Shown: piece by piece, positions 47,602 to 57,296 of the stretch
How positions within the stretch are numbered: the first letter of the stretch is position 1
Layout: the number at the start of each line of letters is the position of its first letter
DNA from: a bacterium
GTDB lineage: Bacteria; UBA8248; JACPRG01; G963555815
DNA length: 64,000 nucleotides
NCBI GenBank assembly: GCA_965261595.1
Contig: CBDHDG010000003.1
Span: 160,001-224,000, forward strand
Reading direction: 5' to 3'
Translations under genes and position numbers: made by a program
Notes under the pieces: model-generated
Seen by the model: only the letters and a program-made list of their open reading frames with translations
The model's database searches: none
What the model was told of the DNA's origin: nothing

Positions 47602-49371
47602 ATGATCAATCAGACGAATCGCTCCCGGCGCCGGACCGCGCGGCCTACCGGTTCCGCACCGAATTCGGCCGACCGCGTCGTGCGGAACTGCCGGCTTGTC
47701 AACGTCCTGACCCGGGAGATCCACCCGGCGGACATCGAGATTTCCGGATCGCGGATCCGGAGGATCGTCGGCCCGAATGAGGGCCGCGGGCGAAAGGCCC
47801 TGGATGCCGCGGGGGCCTTTGCCGTGCCCGGCCTGATGGACGCGCACCTCCACACCGAGGCGACCCTCCTCACATTGGGGCGCTTCGCCGAGGCCGTTCT
47901 GCCCGGCGGGACCACCTCTTTCTTCATCAATCCCCACGAAATCGCCAACGTCCTGGGCCTGAAAGGCATTCAGTGGATGCTCCGGGACGCGGCGGGACTC
48001 CCCATCCGGATCTACCTGATCGCGCCCTGCAAGGTGCCCACGGCGCCGGGGCTGGAAACCTCCGGCGCCGAATTCAAACGGCTGCAAGTGCGGGAGATGG
48101 CCGAATGGCCGGGTGTTGTCGCCTTCGGCGAGTTCAACGGGGACCGGCTCCTGGCCGGCGACGCCCGGCAGCGGGAGATCCTTCAGTGGGTGCGGCCGGC
48201 CGGGAAGATCCTCGCCGGCCACGCGCCCGGCGTGCTGGGGGAGGACGTGGGGCGGCTATGGGAAATGGGCATCCGGGACGACCATGAGAGCACGACGTTC
48301 GAGGAGGTCCGCGACCGTCTGCGCCAGGGCATGACGGTCTTTCTCCGCGAAGGCTCGACCGAGCGTAGCATCGGGGAGATCCTGCCTGAAATTCTGAAGG
48401 AGGGCATCTCCACCGACCGGCTCTGCTTCTGCACGGACGACAAGCATCCGGACGATCTGCTCGCCGAGGGAGACATCGACCATCACGTCCGCGAGGCCAT
48501 CCGCCTGGGGATGGACCCCATCGACGCCTTGCGATGCGCCACCTGGAATTGCGCGCTTCACTACGGCCTCGAAGGGGACCTGGGCGCCCTGACCCCCGGA
48601 CGCCTGGCCGACATCGTCCTGGTGGGGAGCCTGAGGCGGTTCGACGTGCGGGCGGTTCTGGTCGATGGACAACCGGTCTTTTGGGACGGACGCCCGGTTC
48701 GCCGCCCCCGGGAGAAGGAGGTCCCGGAGTGGGTGCGGCGGACCGTGAAACTCCCGAATCGAATCAAGCCGAAGACCCTCGTCATCAAGGCCCCCATCAT
48801 GCATGGGAAGCTGAAGGCCCGGGTGATCGAGGTTCATCCTCGCCTCCCCACGACCCGGATGAGGGTGCTCGACGCGCCGGTTTTTGGAGGGGAGGTCCTC
48901 TCGAACGTGAGCCGGGATGTGTTGAAGATCGTGTGCGTGGATCGCCACAGCGGGCTGGGGAAGGCGGGGGCCGCGCTGGTCAAGGGGTTCGGCCTGCGGG
49001 AGGGGGCCTTGGGTTCCTCGGTTGCGCACGATCACCACAATCTGGTCGTCGTGGGGGCTTCGGACGATGAGATTCTGACGGCGTTGCTTCACCTTCGGCG
49101 GATGCGGGGCGGCCTGGTGGTTGTGAGAGGGAAAAAGGCCCTGGCGCGGCTGCCTCTGCCCATCGCGGGCCTCCTGTCCGTGTGTCCGGTCCGTGAGGTG
49201 GTGAAGGGGTTGCGCGATCTCAAGGTCTCCGCCCGGGCCTTGGGCTGCCCGCTTCCCAATCCTTTCATGACGTTGTCGTTCGTCTCGCTCCCGACGATTC
49301 CGGAGTGCGGGCTGAGCGATCACGGCCTCGTGGACGTGCGCGCCCACGAGATTGTTCCCGTTCCGGTGTAG
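47602..49371 (+). CDS. ade: Adenine deaminase family amidohydrolase
   Basis: PGLMDAHLHTE, PHEIANVLG, GHAP, DDHE, REGS, CTDDKHP, SSVAHDHHN and LPLPIAGL motifs. Confidence 0.88.
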   Translation: MINQTNRSRRRTARPTGSAPNSADRVVRNCRLVNVLTREIHPADIEISGSRIRRIVGPNEGRGRKALDAAGAFAVPGLMDAHLHTEATLLTLGRFAEAVLPGGTTSFFINPHEIANVLGLKGIQWMLRDAAGLPIRIYLIAPCKVPTAPGLETSGAEFKRLQVREMAEWPGVVAFGEFNGDRLLAGDARQREILQWVRPAGKILAGHAPGVLGEDVGRLWEMGIRDDHESTTFEEVRDRLRQGMTVFLREGSTERSIGEILPEILKEGISTDRLCFCTDDKHPDDLLAEGDIDHHVREAIRLGMDPIDALRCATWNCALHYGLEGDLGALTPGRLADIVLVGSLRRFDVRAVLVDGQPVFWDGRPVRRPREKEVPEWVRRTVKLPNRIKPKTLVIKAPIMHGKLKARVIEVHPRLPTTRMRVLDAPVFGGEVLSNVSRDVLKIVCVDRHSGLGKAGAALVKGFGLREGALGSSVAHDHHNLVVVGASDDEILTALLHLRRMRGGLVVVRGKKALARLPLPIAGLLSVCPVREVVKGLRDLKVSARALGCPLPNPFMTLSFVSLPTIPECGLSDHGLVDVRAHEIVPVPV

Positions 49372-49472
49372 CGTCTCTCCTCCCGCCTTCCACCCGCTTT
49401 CCGCGGCGGATGAATTGCCCTGGGTCTCTCGGGAAGGCCTGTCCGGACCGGCTCTTCAGGATGCCGATACGC

Positions 49473-50369
49473 ATGGATTCTCTCCTCACCGCTCAAATTT
49501 TCGCGGTCCTTTCCGCACTCGCGTTTTCCACCGGGAGCTTGACCAGCCGGTACGGTTTGCGCACCTCGACGCCCCTGGCGAGCACGCTGATCTTGGGGTT
49601 GGTCACGTTGGCGATTTACGGGCCCATCGCCCTCGCCACGTCTCCCTTATCGGAGTACGAGGTGAGAGGCCTGCTGATTCTCGCGGCCGCGGGCGCCTCA
49701 TCGCCGGGGCTGGCCAGGACTTTGCTCAACATGTCCATTCAAAGGGTCTGCCTGGCCCGGTCGGTGACGATCATCAACGTCGCGCCCCTGGTGACGGTCG
49801 TCCTGGCGGTCGCCGCCCTGGGCGAGAGGCCTTCCCCCGGCGTGTACCTCGAGACGTTCCTCCTCGTGGTCGGTGTGATGCTGTTGACGCAGGAGCAGCG
49901 CGCCGCCTCCAAATCCGACAGCTCCGGGAAACCCCTCTGGTATTACTTTCTTTATGCGCTGCTTGCGGGTCTGGCGCTCGGGGTCGCCATCGTCATTCGA
50001 AAAATTGGAATCTCCATCATTCCCAGTCTCAGCACGGGGCTCTCCATGGCGGCGCTCGGGACCCTCCTCGTTCTCTTTCTCTGGCAGCCCTTCCTGACGC
50101 CGGAAGAGCGGTTCAAATTCAGCCGGCGGGGGGTCGGGTGGTTTCTGGCGAGCGCGGTCTTTACAAGCTCGGCTCATCTTTTCTTCTTCGCCGCCCTGCA
50201 AAGGGGTCCGGTCACCATTGTGGCGCCCCTGTCGTCCACGGTGCCCCTGTTCACCCTGGGCTACTCCAGGCTGTTGTTGCGGGAAGTGGAGAGGCTGAGC
50301 TTCCGCTTGGTGGCCGGGGCGTTTCTCATCTGCGCCGGCGCGGCCTTGATTTCGATGTCCCGGGGCTGA
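49473..50369 (+). CDS. DMT/EamA family transporter 1
   Basis: About 10 TM helices, with ALGERP and VAPLSSTVPLF repeats. Confidence 0.88.
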   Translation: MDSLLTAQIFAVLSALAFSTGSLTSRYGLRTSTPLASTLILGLVTLAIYGPIALATSPLSEYEVRGLLILAAAGASSPGLARTLLNMSIQRVCLARSVTIINVAPLVTVVLAVAALGERPSPGVYLETFLLVVGVMLLTQEQRAASKSDSSGKPLWYYFLYALLAGLALGVAIVIRKIGISIIPSLSTGLSMAALGTLLVLFLWQPFLTPEERFKFSRRGVGWFLASAVFTSSAHLFFFAALQRGPVTIVAPLSSTVPLFTLGYSRLLLREVERLSFRLVAGAFLICAGAALISMSRG

Positions 50370-50555
50370 GTCCGCGAAGGGGAAGGGGGGAGGGGGGGGA
50401 TGCGGGAGGACGCCCTTTCAGGATGTCTCGGCGCGGCCGGGAATTCGGGCCTGTTTGCAAAGGGGCGGTCTGGTCCGTAAATAGCGCGCCGCCGAGTCTT
50501 CGGCGGGCCTCGGCCCGGAACGGGTGAGGTTGCAACCTTGTTTCTCCCATGAGGC

Positions 50556-51458
50556 ATGTGGATGTCCGATCTGGCGTTGGCCCAATTCCTCGCCGTCCTC
50601 ACCGCTTTCGGGTTTGCCTCGGGAGATACGTGCGCCCGTTTCGCGCTGCGCACGTCCACACCCATCACGGCGACCTTGATTGTTTCGTGCATCACCCTGG
50701 CGATGTACGGGCCATTCGCTCTGACCCCTTCTTCCCTGAGCAGTCTCAGCCTTTCGGGCGCGGTCGTTTTCTTGGTGGCGGGCGTTTCCGCGCCGGGCCT
50801 GGCCCGAACCTTTCTTTACATGAGTTTCAACCGCATCGGGATGTCCCGCTCGACGGCCTTCATCTCCATTTCCCCCCTGGTCACGGTCCTTTTGGCCATC
50901 GTGGCCCTGGGCGAGCGGCCCACGCCCTTGGTTTACCTGGGGACGTTTCTGATTGTCGGGGGTGTGCTGATCTTGACGCTCGAACAAAAGTCCGCCACCG
51001 AGGGTGAAGGGCGCGGGAAGACCGTTTGGCATTTTTTCGTCTACGCCCTGCTGGCGATGCTCACGCTCGGGATCGCCTCTTTTCTCCGGAAGGTGGGGGT
51101 CACACTCATCCACAGCCTCAGCGTGGGGTTGTGTCTGTCGGCCCTCGGCACGCTGGCCGTGACCGTCATCTGGAATTTTCTCCTGCCTTCGGGCGACCGC
51201 ATCCGGTTCACCCGGCAGAGCACTTTGCCCTTTCTCCTGAGCGGGACCTTCACGAGCCTCGCTCATCTCGCGTTTTTCTCCGCGCTTCAAAGGGCCTCCC
51301 TGTCCACCGTCGCGCCCCTGGTCTTTACGGTGCCCTTGTTCGTGCTGGGATTCTCCTGGCTGTTGTTTCGGGAGGTGGAGCGATTGAACGCCCGCCTTCT
51401 GTCGGGCGTGTTCCTGATCTGCGGCGGGGCCGTGTTGGTGACGATGGCGCGCGGGTGA
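50556..51458 (+). CDS. DMT/EamA family transporter 2
   Basis: Paralog of the adjacent EamA genes. Confidence 0.88.
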   Translation: MWMSDLALAQFLAVLTAFGFASGDTCARFALRTSTPITATLIVSCITLAMYGPFALTPSSLSSLSLSGAVVFLVAGVSAPGLARTFLYMSFNRIGMSRSTAFISISPLVTVLLAIVALGERPTPLVYLGTFLIVGGVLILTLEQKSATEGEGRGKTVWHFFVYALLAMLTLGIASFLRKVGVTLIHSLSVGLCLSALGTLAVTVIWNFLLPSGDRIRFTRQSTLPFLLSGTFTSLAHLAFFSALQRASLSTVAPLVFTVPLFVLGFSWLLFREVERLNARLLSGVFLICGGAVLVTMARG

Positions 51459-51509
51459 TCCGCCGGGCGGCCGGCCGGCCCGGACGCCGATATTCCTACA
51501 CGCCGGTGC

Positions 51510-52412
51510 ATGGCCATGGATGACCTGATCGCCGCCCAGCTTTTTTCTCTGCTCGCCGCCGTGGTGTTCGCCATCTCGAACATCACCATGAATTATGGGT
51601 TGCGCACCGCGACGCCCTGGACGAGCACGCTGGTCCTGGCGTTGTTCACATTGGGGGTGTTTAGGCCGATTGCTTGGGCCACCACTTCCTTCGGGGAAAT
51701 CCGGGTGGCGGGGCTTTGGATCTTTCTCATCGGGGGCGTCGCCTCGCCGGGGCTGGCCAGGACCCTGCTCACGATGAGCGTTCGGGGAATCGGCCTCTCC
51801 CGGTCGGTGACCATCACAAACGCCGCGCCCCTGTTCTCGGTCTTCATCGCCGTCGCGGCCCTCGGGGAGAGGCCCACGGCACTGGTGTATCTTGGAACGC
51901 TGCTGGTCGTCGGCGGGGTGTCCATGTTGTCTTATAAGCCGGGAGCCGCCGCCCGGGGCGAAGCGGGCCGGAAATTGGCGTGGCCCTACTTCCTGATGTC
52001 CGTTCTGTCCTGCGTGTTGTTGGGCGTCGCCTTCTCCCTTCGGAAGGCGGGGGTTTCCATCCTGCCCAGTTTGAGCTTGGGTCTTTCCGCGACGGCCGTC
52101 GGCGCCTTGATCGTTCTGGGGTTGTGGTGTCCGTTTCTCCCCCCGGAGGAGCGGCTCCGGGTCAGCCGGCGGGATTTCAGGCGCCTGATCAGCAGCGCCC
52201 TCTTCACGAGTCCGGCTCAGCTCTCGATGTTAGCCGCCGTCCAAAGGGGGCCGGTCGCCACCGTGGCGCCGCTCATTTCCACCACCCCGCTTTTCACCCT
52301 GGCCCTGTCCTGGGTGTTGTTTCGGGAGGCGGAACGGATCAATCTTCGGTTGGCGGCGGCCGTGGCGCTTGTCTGCGCGGGCGCCGCGTTGGTGACGATG
52401 GCCCGGACTTGA
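51510..52412 (+). CDS. DMT/EamA family transporter 3
   Basis: Paralog of the adjacent EamA genes. Confidence 0.88.
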   Translation: MAMDDLIAAQLFSLLAAVVFAISNITMNYGLRTATPWTSTLVLALFTLGVFRPIAWATTSFGEIRVAGLWIFLIGGVASPGLARTLLTMSVRGIGLSRSVTITNAAPLFSVFIAVAALGERPTALVYLGTLLVVGGVSMLSYKPGAAARGEAGRKLAWPYFLMSVLSCVLLGVAFSLRKAGVSILPSLSLGLSATAVGALIVLGLWCPFLPPEERLRVSRRDFRRLISSALFTSPAQLSMLAAVQRGPVATVAPLISTTPLFTLALSWVLFREAERINLRLAAAVALVCAGAALVTMART

Positions 52413-52484
52413 CCGGCAAGCCTTGCGCGGTGAGGATTCAGAAACTGCACGGCGGGCCGCGATCGACCCTTTCAACCGTCAAGC

Positions 52485-53364
52485 TTGAGCGAGAGGCCGG
52501 TGTTTGCAGCCCAGAGTTTCGCGATCCTGGCCGCCCTGGCGTGGGCGATCGGCGATTCCTCCGCCCGCGTCGCCTTGCGCACGTCCACCCCCGTTACGGG
52601 GACCCTGACGCTGGGGTTGGTGTCCCTCGCGGTTTGGGGCCCCGTCGCCTGGGGCGCCTTCGATCGTGGGGAGATACAAGTCCGGGGGTTGTTGATTTTT
52701 GTGGTGTCGGGCGTGACGCTGGGTCTCGCCAGAAACCTCCTCAACATGAGCTTTGGAAGGATCGGCCTGGCCCGCTCGACGACGATCGTGTCCTCATCGC
52801 CCCTGATCGCTGTCCTCGTCGCCGCGATTTTCCTGGGAGAAGCCCCTTCTTCTCTGATCTATCTGGGGACGCTCTCGATCATGGGCGGCATCATCTTCCT
52901 GGCGCAAGAGCGGCGGTCCACCGCCCGGGCCTGGGGTGCGGTCCGGCATGATTTCCTGTTCGCCGCGCTCTCCGCCCTGGCCTTCGGGATCACGGTCGTT
53001 CTCCGGAAGGCGGGGGTCTCCCTCGTCCCCAGTCTGAGCCTGGGTCTCTCCACGGCGGCTTTGGGGACGCTGGGGCTCATCGCCGTCTTTTATCCGCTTC
53101 TTCCCCGGACAGAGCGGGTTCAATTCAGTCGTAAGAATTTCGGTTACTTCCTGATCAGCGCGTTCTTCTCGACCCTGAGCCACTTCGCCTTCCCAAAGAG
53201 GGCCCCTGTTCACTGTAGCGCCGCTGGTTTACACGTCCCCCCTTTTCGTCCTGGTCTTTTCGTGGCTTTGGTTCCGGCAGGCCGAGGGGTTGAGTTTTCG
53301 CTTGGCGGCCGGGGTGGTTCTTGTCTGCGCTGGGGCGGCTCTCGTGGCGATGTCGCAGGGGTGA
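52485..53364 (+). pseudogene. DMT/EamA family transporter 4, frameshifted by a small deletion near 53192
   Basis: After SHFAF the conserved xAAL residues are missing. QRGPLFTVAPLVYTSPLF...AMSQG* continues in another frame. Confidence 0.8.
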
Positions 53365-53450
53365 AGTCGAGCGCCCGTTAGGGGGTCGTCGCCCCGTGAG
53401 CAGGGTTCGGAGCGGCCGGGGCTCGCCCGGATCGAGACCGAAGCGCCGCC

Positions 53451-54467
53451 CTACGCCCCCGTGCGGGGTTCAAGTCCGAAGGCTTCGGCGAGGAGCTCAT
53501 AGGACCTGACGCGAGCCGCGAAATCGTGAGTAATCGTCAAGATGACCAGCTCGTCGACAGCGTATTCCTCGGCCAGCGATTCCAGGCGGGCTTTCACTTG
53601 GTCCGGCGTGCCGACGACCGTGCGTTGCCGGTTGGCCTCGACACGGATCCGCTCCTCTTCGCTGTAGGGGTAAGCCAGGGCCTCATCGGGGGAGGGGTAG
53701 GGTCCCAGCTCTCCGCGATCGAGGCGGATGCGCCAAAGGTCGCGGCTGAGGGCGAGTCGCCGCGCTTCTTCTTCGATCTCGGCGCAAATGACGAAGACGC
53801 AAAGGCTCCCCTCCGGTTCTTTCCGCAGCCCGGATGGGTTGAATTGGTCCCGGTAGGCCTGGAGCACCTGGTCCCCCCCCTGCGGGGTGATGAAGTGAGC
53901 GAAGGAGAAGGCGATGCCGAATTGCGCGGCGTACATCGCGCTTTGGGCGCTCGATCCCAAAAGCCAGACCTCGGGGATGGACGGCGCCTTGGGCGTCGCC
54001 CGGACGCCGGAAAAAGCCTCCGTCGCCGGAGTGGAATCCTCCAGGAAGGCGACCAGGTCGGCAATCCGCGCCGGGAAGTATTCGATGCCGACCTGTGAGC
54101 CGTAGGCAAGCGCCCGGGCGGTGCGCGTGTCGCTGCCGGGGGCCCGGCCGATCCCGAGGTCGATCCGGCCCGGGTAGAGGAGCTCGAGCAGACGGAAGGT
54201 TTCCGCGACCTTCAGCGGGCTGTAGTGGCTCAGCATGACGCCCCCCGATCCGACCCGGATATCGCGGGTGGCGGCGGCGACGCGGGCGACGAGGATCTCC
54301 GGCGCGGAACCCGCGAACCCGTCGGTGCCGTGGTGCTCGGCCAGCCAATAGCGGCGATAGCCGAGCCGCTCCACCGCCTGCGCGAGCCGAACGGTCTCCT
54401 GAACGGCGTCCGAGGGGGTCCCCCCGCTGCGAACGGGTGATTGGTCGAGGGCGCTGAGATGAATCAT
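53451..54467 (-). CDS. Luciferase-like (LLM class) flavin-dependent oxidoreductase, YhbW-like
   Basis: LSALDQSP, WLAEHH, VGSGGVML, GRIDLGIGRAPG and WLLGSS motifs. Confidence 0.92.
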   Translation of the reverse strand: MIHLSALDQSPVRSGGTPSDAVQETVRLAQAVERLGYRRYWLAEHHGTDGFAGSAPEILVARVAAATRDIRVGSGGVMLSHYSPLKVAETFRLLELLYPGRIDLGIGRAPGSDTRTARALAYGSQVGIEYFPARIADLVAFLEDSTPATEAFSGVRATPKAPSIPEVWLLGSSAQSAMYAAQFGIAFSFAHFITPQGGDQVLQAYRDQFNPSGLRKEPEGSLCVFVICAEIEEEARRLALSRDLWRIRLDRGELGPYPSPDEALAYPYSEEERIRVEANRQRTVVGTPDQVKARLESLAEEYAVDELVILTITHDFAARVRSYELLAEAFGLEPRTGA

Positions 54468-54612
54468 GGAGTACGCACAGCCGCTGGAGGACGAATCCTC
54501 GAATCGTGGTGAACATCCGGTCACAAGAAAATTCAGCTTAACAGATGTGATTATAAAGGATTGTTGGGCCGATCCGGAGAGGCGTTCAAGAACGGGGGGA
54601 CGCGGGGATTCC

Positions 54613-54658
54613 CCAGGATCTTATTGAAAGAAGTTCCAGGATCTTATTGAAAGAAGTT
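54613..54658 (+). repeat. Perfect 23-bp tandem duplication in a divergent promoter region
   Basis: CCAGGATCTTATTGAAAGAAGTT occurs twice in tandem. Confidence 0.9.
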
Positions 54659-54850
54659 GGGGACTGTGGTTAAATAACAAGTAAATCGCATCAAAGGTGG
54701 AAAATCTTAGCGGTCTCAGTCCAGGCATATGCATGTGTTCCGCGGATGCCCGCTGTTGAAATCTCCGGACGCGCCGGAGAGGATTGGGGGAGGGGCCGAG
54801 CGGCTCGATCCGGGCGCCCTTCCCAGGTGATGCCACAGGAGGGAAAAACA

Positions 54851-55864
54851 ATGAGGTATCTGTTGAAAGTCGCCGGGTTGTTTGTCGTCTTGTCTTTCCT
54901 GATGACGGGTTCCGCCCCGGCGGCCAAGAAGCTGAACTTCACGATGGACTGGATCATTTACTCGGCGCATACTTTCGCCGTCGCGGCCGATAAGCTGGGA
55001 TACTATAAGGAGGCGGGGCTGAATGTCAGCATTCGCCGCGGGTTTGGCTCGACCGACACCATCAAGAAGGTCGGCGTCGGACAGGCCGATTTCGGAATGG
55101 CGGACACGGGCAGTCTGATCGTAGCGCGGACCAAAGGTGTCAAAGCGAAGGAGCTCGGGGTCCTTTACGCGAGGGCGCCGTACGAGCTTGCTTGTTTGAA
55201 GAAGAGGGGAATCGAGAAACCGAAGGATATCGAAGGGAAGATCATGGGGACCAACATCGGGACCTCCGTCTACACCCTCTTCCCCGCGTTTGCCAGAGCG
55301 TCGGGTGTGGATCAGTCCAAGGTCAAATGGGCCTTTATCCAACCCAGCGCCATCATTCCCAGCCTGGTGGCGGGGAAGATCGATTGCGCCTTCGTGTACG
55401 CGAACAATCGTCCCATCGCCGTCAACAACGTCAGGAAGGCCGGCCAGGGTGAGATCACGGTCCTCGCCTACGCCGATCACGGTGTGGACATCTACGCCAA
55501 CGGTCTCATCACCCAGGATGAGCGCATCGCCAACAATCCCGACCAGGTCCGGAGATTCGTGGAGGCCAGCTTCAAGGGGGTCGCGTGGGTCGTCGAAAAC
55601 CCGAAAAAGGGATTGCAGATCGTTCTGGACCGTTTCCCTTCCCTGAACCGTCAGAACAACCTGGAAGGCTTGAGAGTCAGCTTGGACTTGCTTTTGACGG
55701 ATGAGACCGAAAAATACGGCATCGGCTGGATGTCCCGGGAAAAAGTCAAAAGAACCCGGGACCTTACCACCAAGTACATGAAGCTGAAGACGGTGGTGCC
55801 GATTGATGACATTTACACGATGAAGTTCCTGCCGAAGCTCTTCCCCAAGAGGGGCGAGCTATAA
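54851..55864 (+). CDS. NMT1/THI5-like ABC substrate-binding protein
   Basis: Signal peptide, MDW, LGYYKEAGLNV, GFGS and PKDIEGK motifs. Confidence 0.88.
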   Translation: MRYLLKVAGLFVVLSFLMTGSAPAAKKLNFTMDWIIYSAHTFAVAADKLGYYKEAGLNVSIRRGFGSTDTIKKVGVGQADFGMADTGSLIVARTKGVKAKELGVLYARAPYELACLKKRGIEKPKDIEGKIMGTNIGTSVYTLFPAFARASGVDQSKVKWAFIQPSAIIPSLVAGKIDCAFVYANNRPIAVNNVRKAGQGEITVLAYADHGVDIYANGLITQDERIANNPDQVRRFVEASFKGVAWVVENPKKGLQIVLDRFPSLNRQNNLEGLRVSLDLLLTDETEKYGIGWMSREKVKRTRDLTTKYMKLKTVVPIDDIYTMKFLPKLFPKRGEL

Positions 55865-55904
55865 AGAGACTTCACCTTTCAAGGCTTTGAGATTCGGTTC
55901 GGAG

Positions 55905-55937
55905 TCCGGAGGGCGCGCCGCACGCGCGCCTTCCGGA
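55905..55937 (+). terminator. GC-rich hairpin after the binding-protein gene
   Basis: TCCGGAGGGCGCGC...GCGCGCCTTCCGGA. A near-identical hairpin at about 62479-62510 follows the paralogous pseudogene. Confidence 0.55.
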
Positions 55938-55970
55938 TGAGGAATCTTGATGTCCTCCATCCCGTTCCTC

Positions 55971-56304
55971 TAACCTCTATTTCTCACAAAGAGAATTTTG
56001 AACCTCGGATGGGCCAGTGAGCTGGTTGCCTTTCAATACATTGCCCGATGCGAGCGAGTTGCTTGGCTGAAACACCCCGTTCTCTGCGCGGGCGTGTGAC
56101 GGGCCGGTACGGGGACCACCGAGGCGGTGGCACCGTCCGGCCCCTGCGACGAAAAACCCTGTTTACCCGTAGGGGCGGGTCCCCGTACCCGCCCGCAAAG
56201 ACGGTCGTTGCGAGTATCCGCTACACTCCGCCGAACAAGGCGGCCGGTGCGATCTCTGCGGCAAGCAGAGCACGAGACCATCGGTTGGTGAGAAATCCAG
56301 GCTA
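55971..56304. mobile_element. MITE-like element, copy 2, with a REP-like core
   Basis: Inverted ends TAACCTCTATTTCTCAC / TAGCCTGGATTTCTCAC. The internal CCCCT(A/G)CGACGAAAAACCCTGTTTA..CCCGTAGGGG is shared with 23379-23697. Confidence 0.7.
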
Positions 56305-56758
56305 ATCGTTGACATGGGATTTTGAGCGTGAGTCACCCGGCTCGCGCGAAGGATCTTGCGTTTTGTGGCGCCGAATGCCGGATCAAGCCGGGGGAAGGGC
56401 GGGGGGAGACCCTTGTATCGGTTGACCCCCCGGGTCGGTTGACCCCCCGCTTTGATGCGTCATCCGGCCTTCCCTTTCGGACGTTGCTCGCCCGTCGCTC
56501 AGGGTGAAAAGGGCGTCGATTATTTATCGCTTCCCGTAAGACCTTCCGCGGAATGTCGTTGATCCGGTTCAATCCTGTGGTACACTTTTGGTTCGTTTTA
56601 TCCAAGGATAGTGAGTCCCAACAGTTTCAGTAGGGGCATGTGTCTTTGATGCGCATATGCCTTGAAGGAAATCTGCGGATGGCCGGAGATGGTTTTTTGG
56701 AGGGACGCTGAGCCTCTTAAGAGAGGACGCATCCGACACCGTGACCAAGGAGGGAGAA

Positions 56759-56919
56759 ATGAGACATCTGTTGAGAGCGGCCGGTTTGTTCGTTGCTTTG
56801 TCTTTCCTGATGTCGGCCTCCGCCCTGGCGGGCGAGAAGCTGAACTTCACGCTGGACTGGGTCATCAACGCGCCCCACTCGTATTTTATCTCGGCCAAAA
56901 AATTGGGTTATTACAAAAA
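56759..56919 (+). pseudogene. N-terminal fragment of an NMT1/THI5-like binding protein (tandem paralog of 54851)
   Basis: MRHLLRAAGLFVALSFLM...KLNFTLDW...KLGYYK. Homology stops exactly at the IS1595 TIR. Confidence 0.88.
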
Positions 56920-56963
56920 GGGAATTATATACTTGAATCCCAAAAATGCCGGTAGTGTCTCAG

Positions 56964-57152
56964 TCACATGGGCTCCAATCCTATCGGGACAACGACTTCG
57001 AGTGGGTTCCCGTAGAAGCACTGCTCAAACAATTCTCTCTTCAAGTCCAGTCGGTCAATGAATCCCATCGGCCTGCGAATACACCCACACATGGCGGCCT
57101 CATCAAATAGACGGTCCTCAAGGTACAGGCGGGTTTCATGGTCTGCTGTCAT
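56964..57152 (-). CDS. Small hypothetical passenger protein (62 aa)
   Basis: ATG with RBS AAAGGAG, ending just inside the left TIR. Confidence 0.4.
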   Translation of the reverse strand: MTADHETRLYLEDRLFDEAAMCGCIRRPMGFIDRLDLKRELFEQCFYGNPLEVVVPIGLEPM

Positions 57153-57296
57153 GGCACTTCTCCTTTTGGGCGCACTGCGCCCGCAAAAAGAGTGTTGACA
57201 GCTTCTTGGAAGGAGTCTAAATTGAAGGATGTTGTGTTTCCTTCAATGAGACTCTCAGCCAATCGGCTGCCTGAAAAGCCTTCTTCCACGGAAGGC

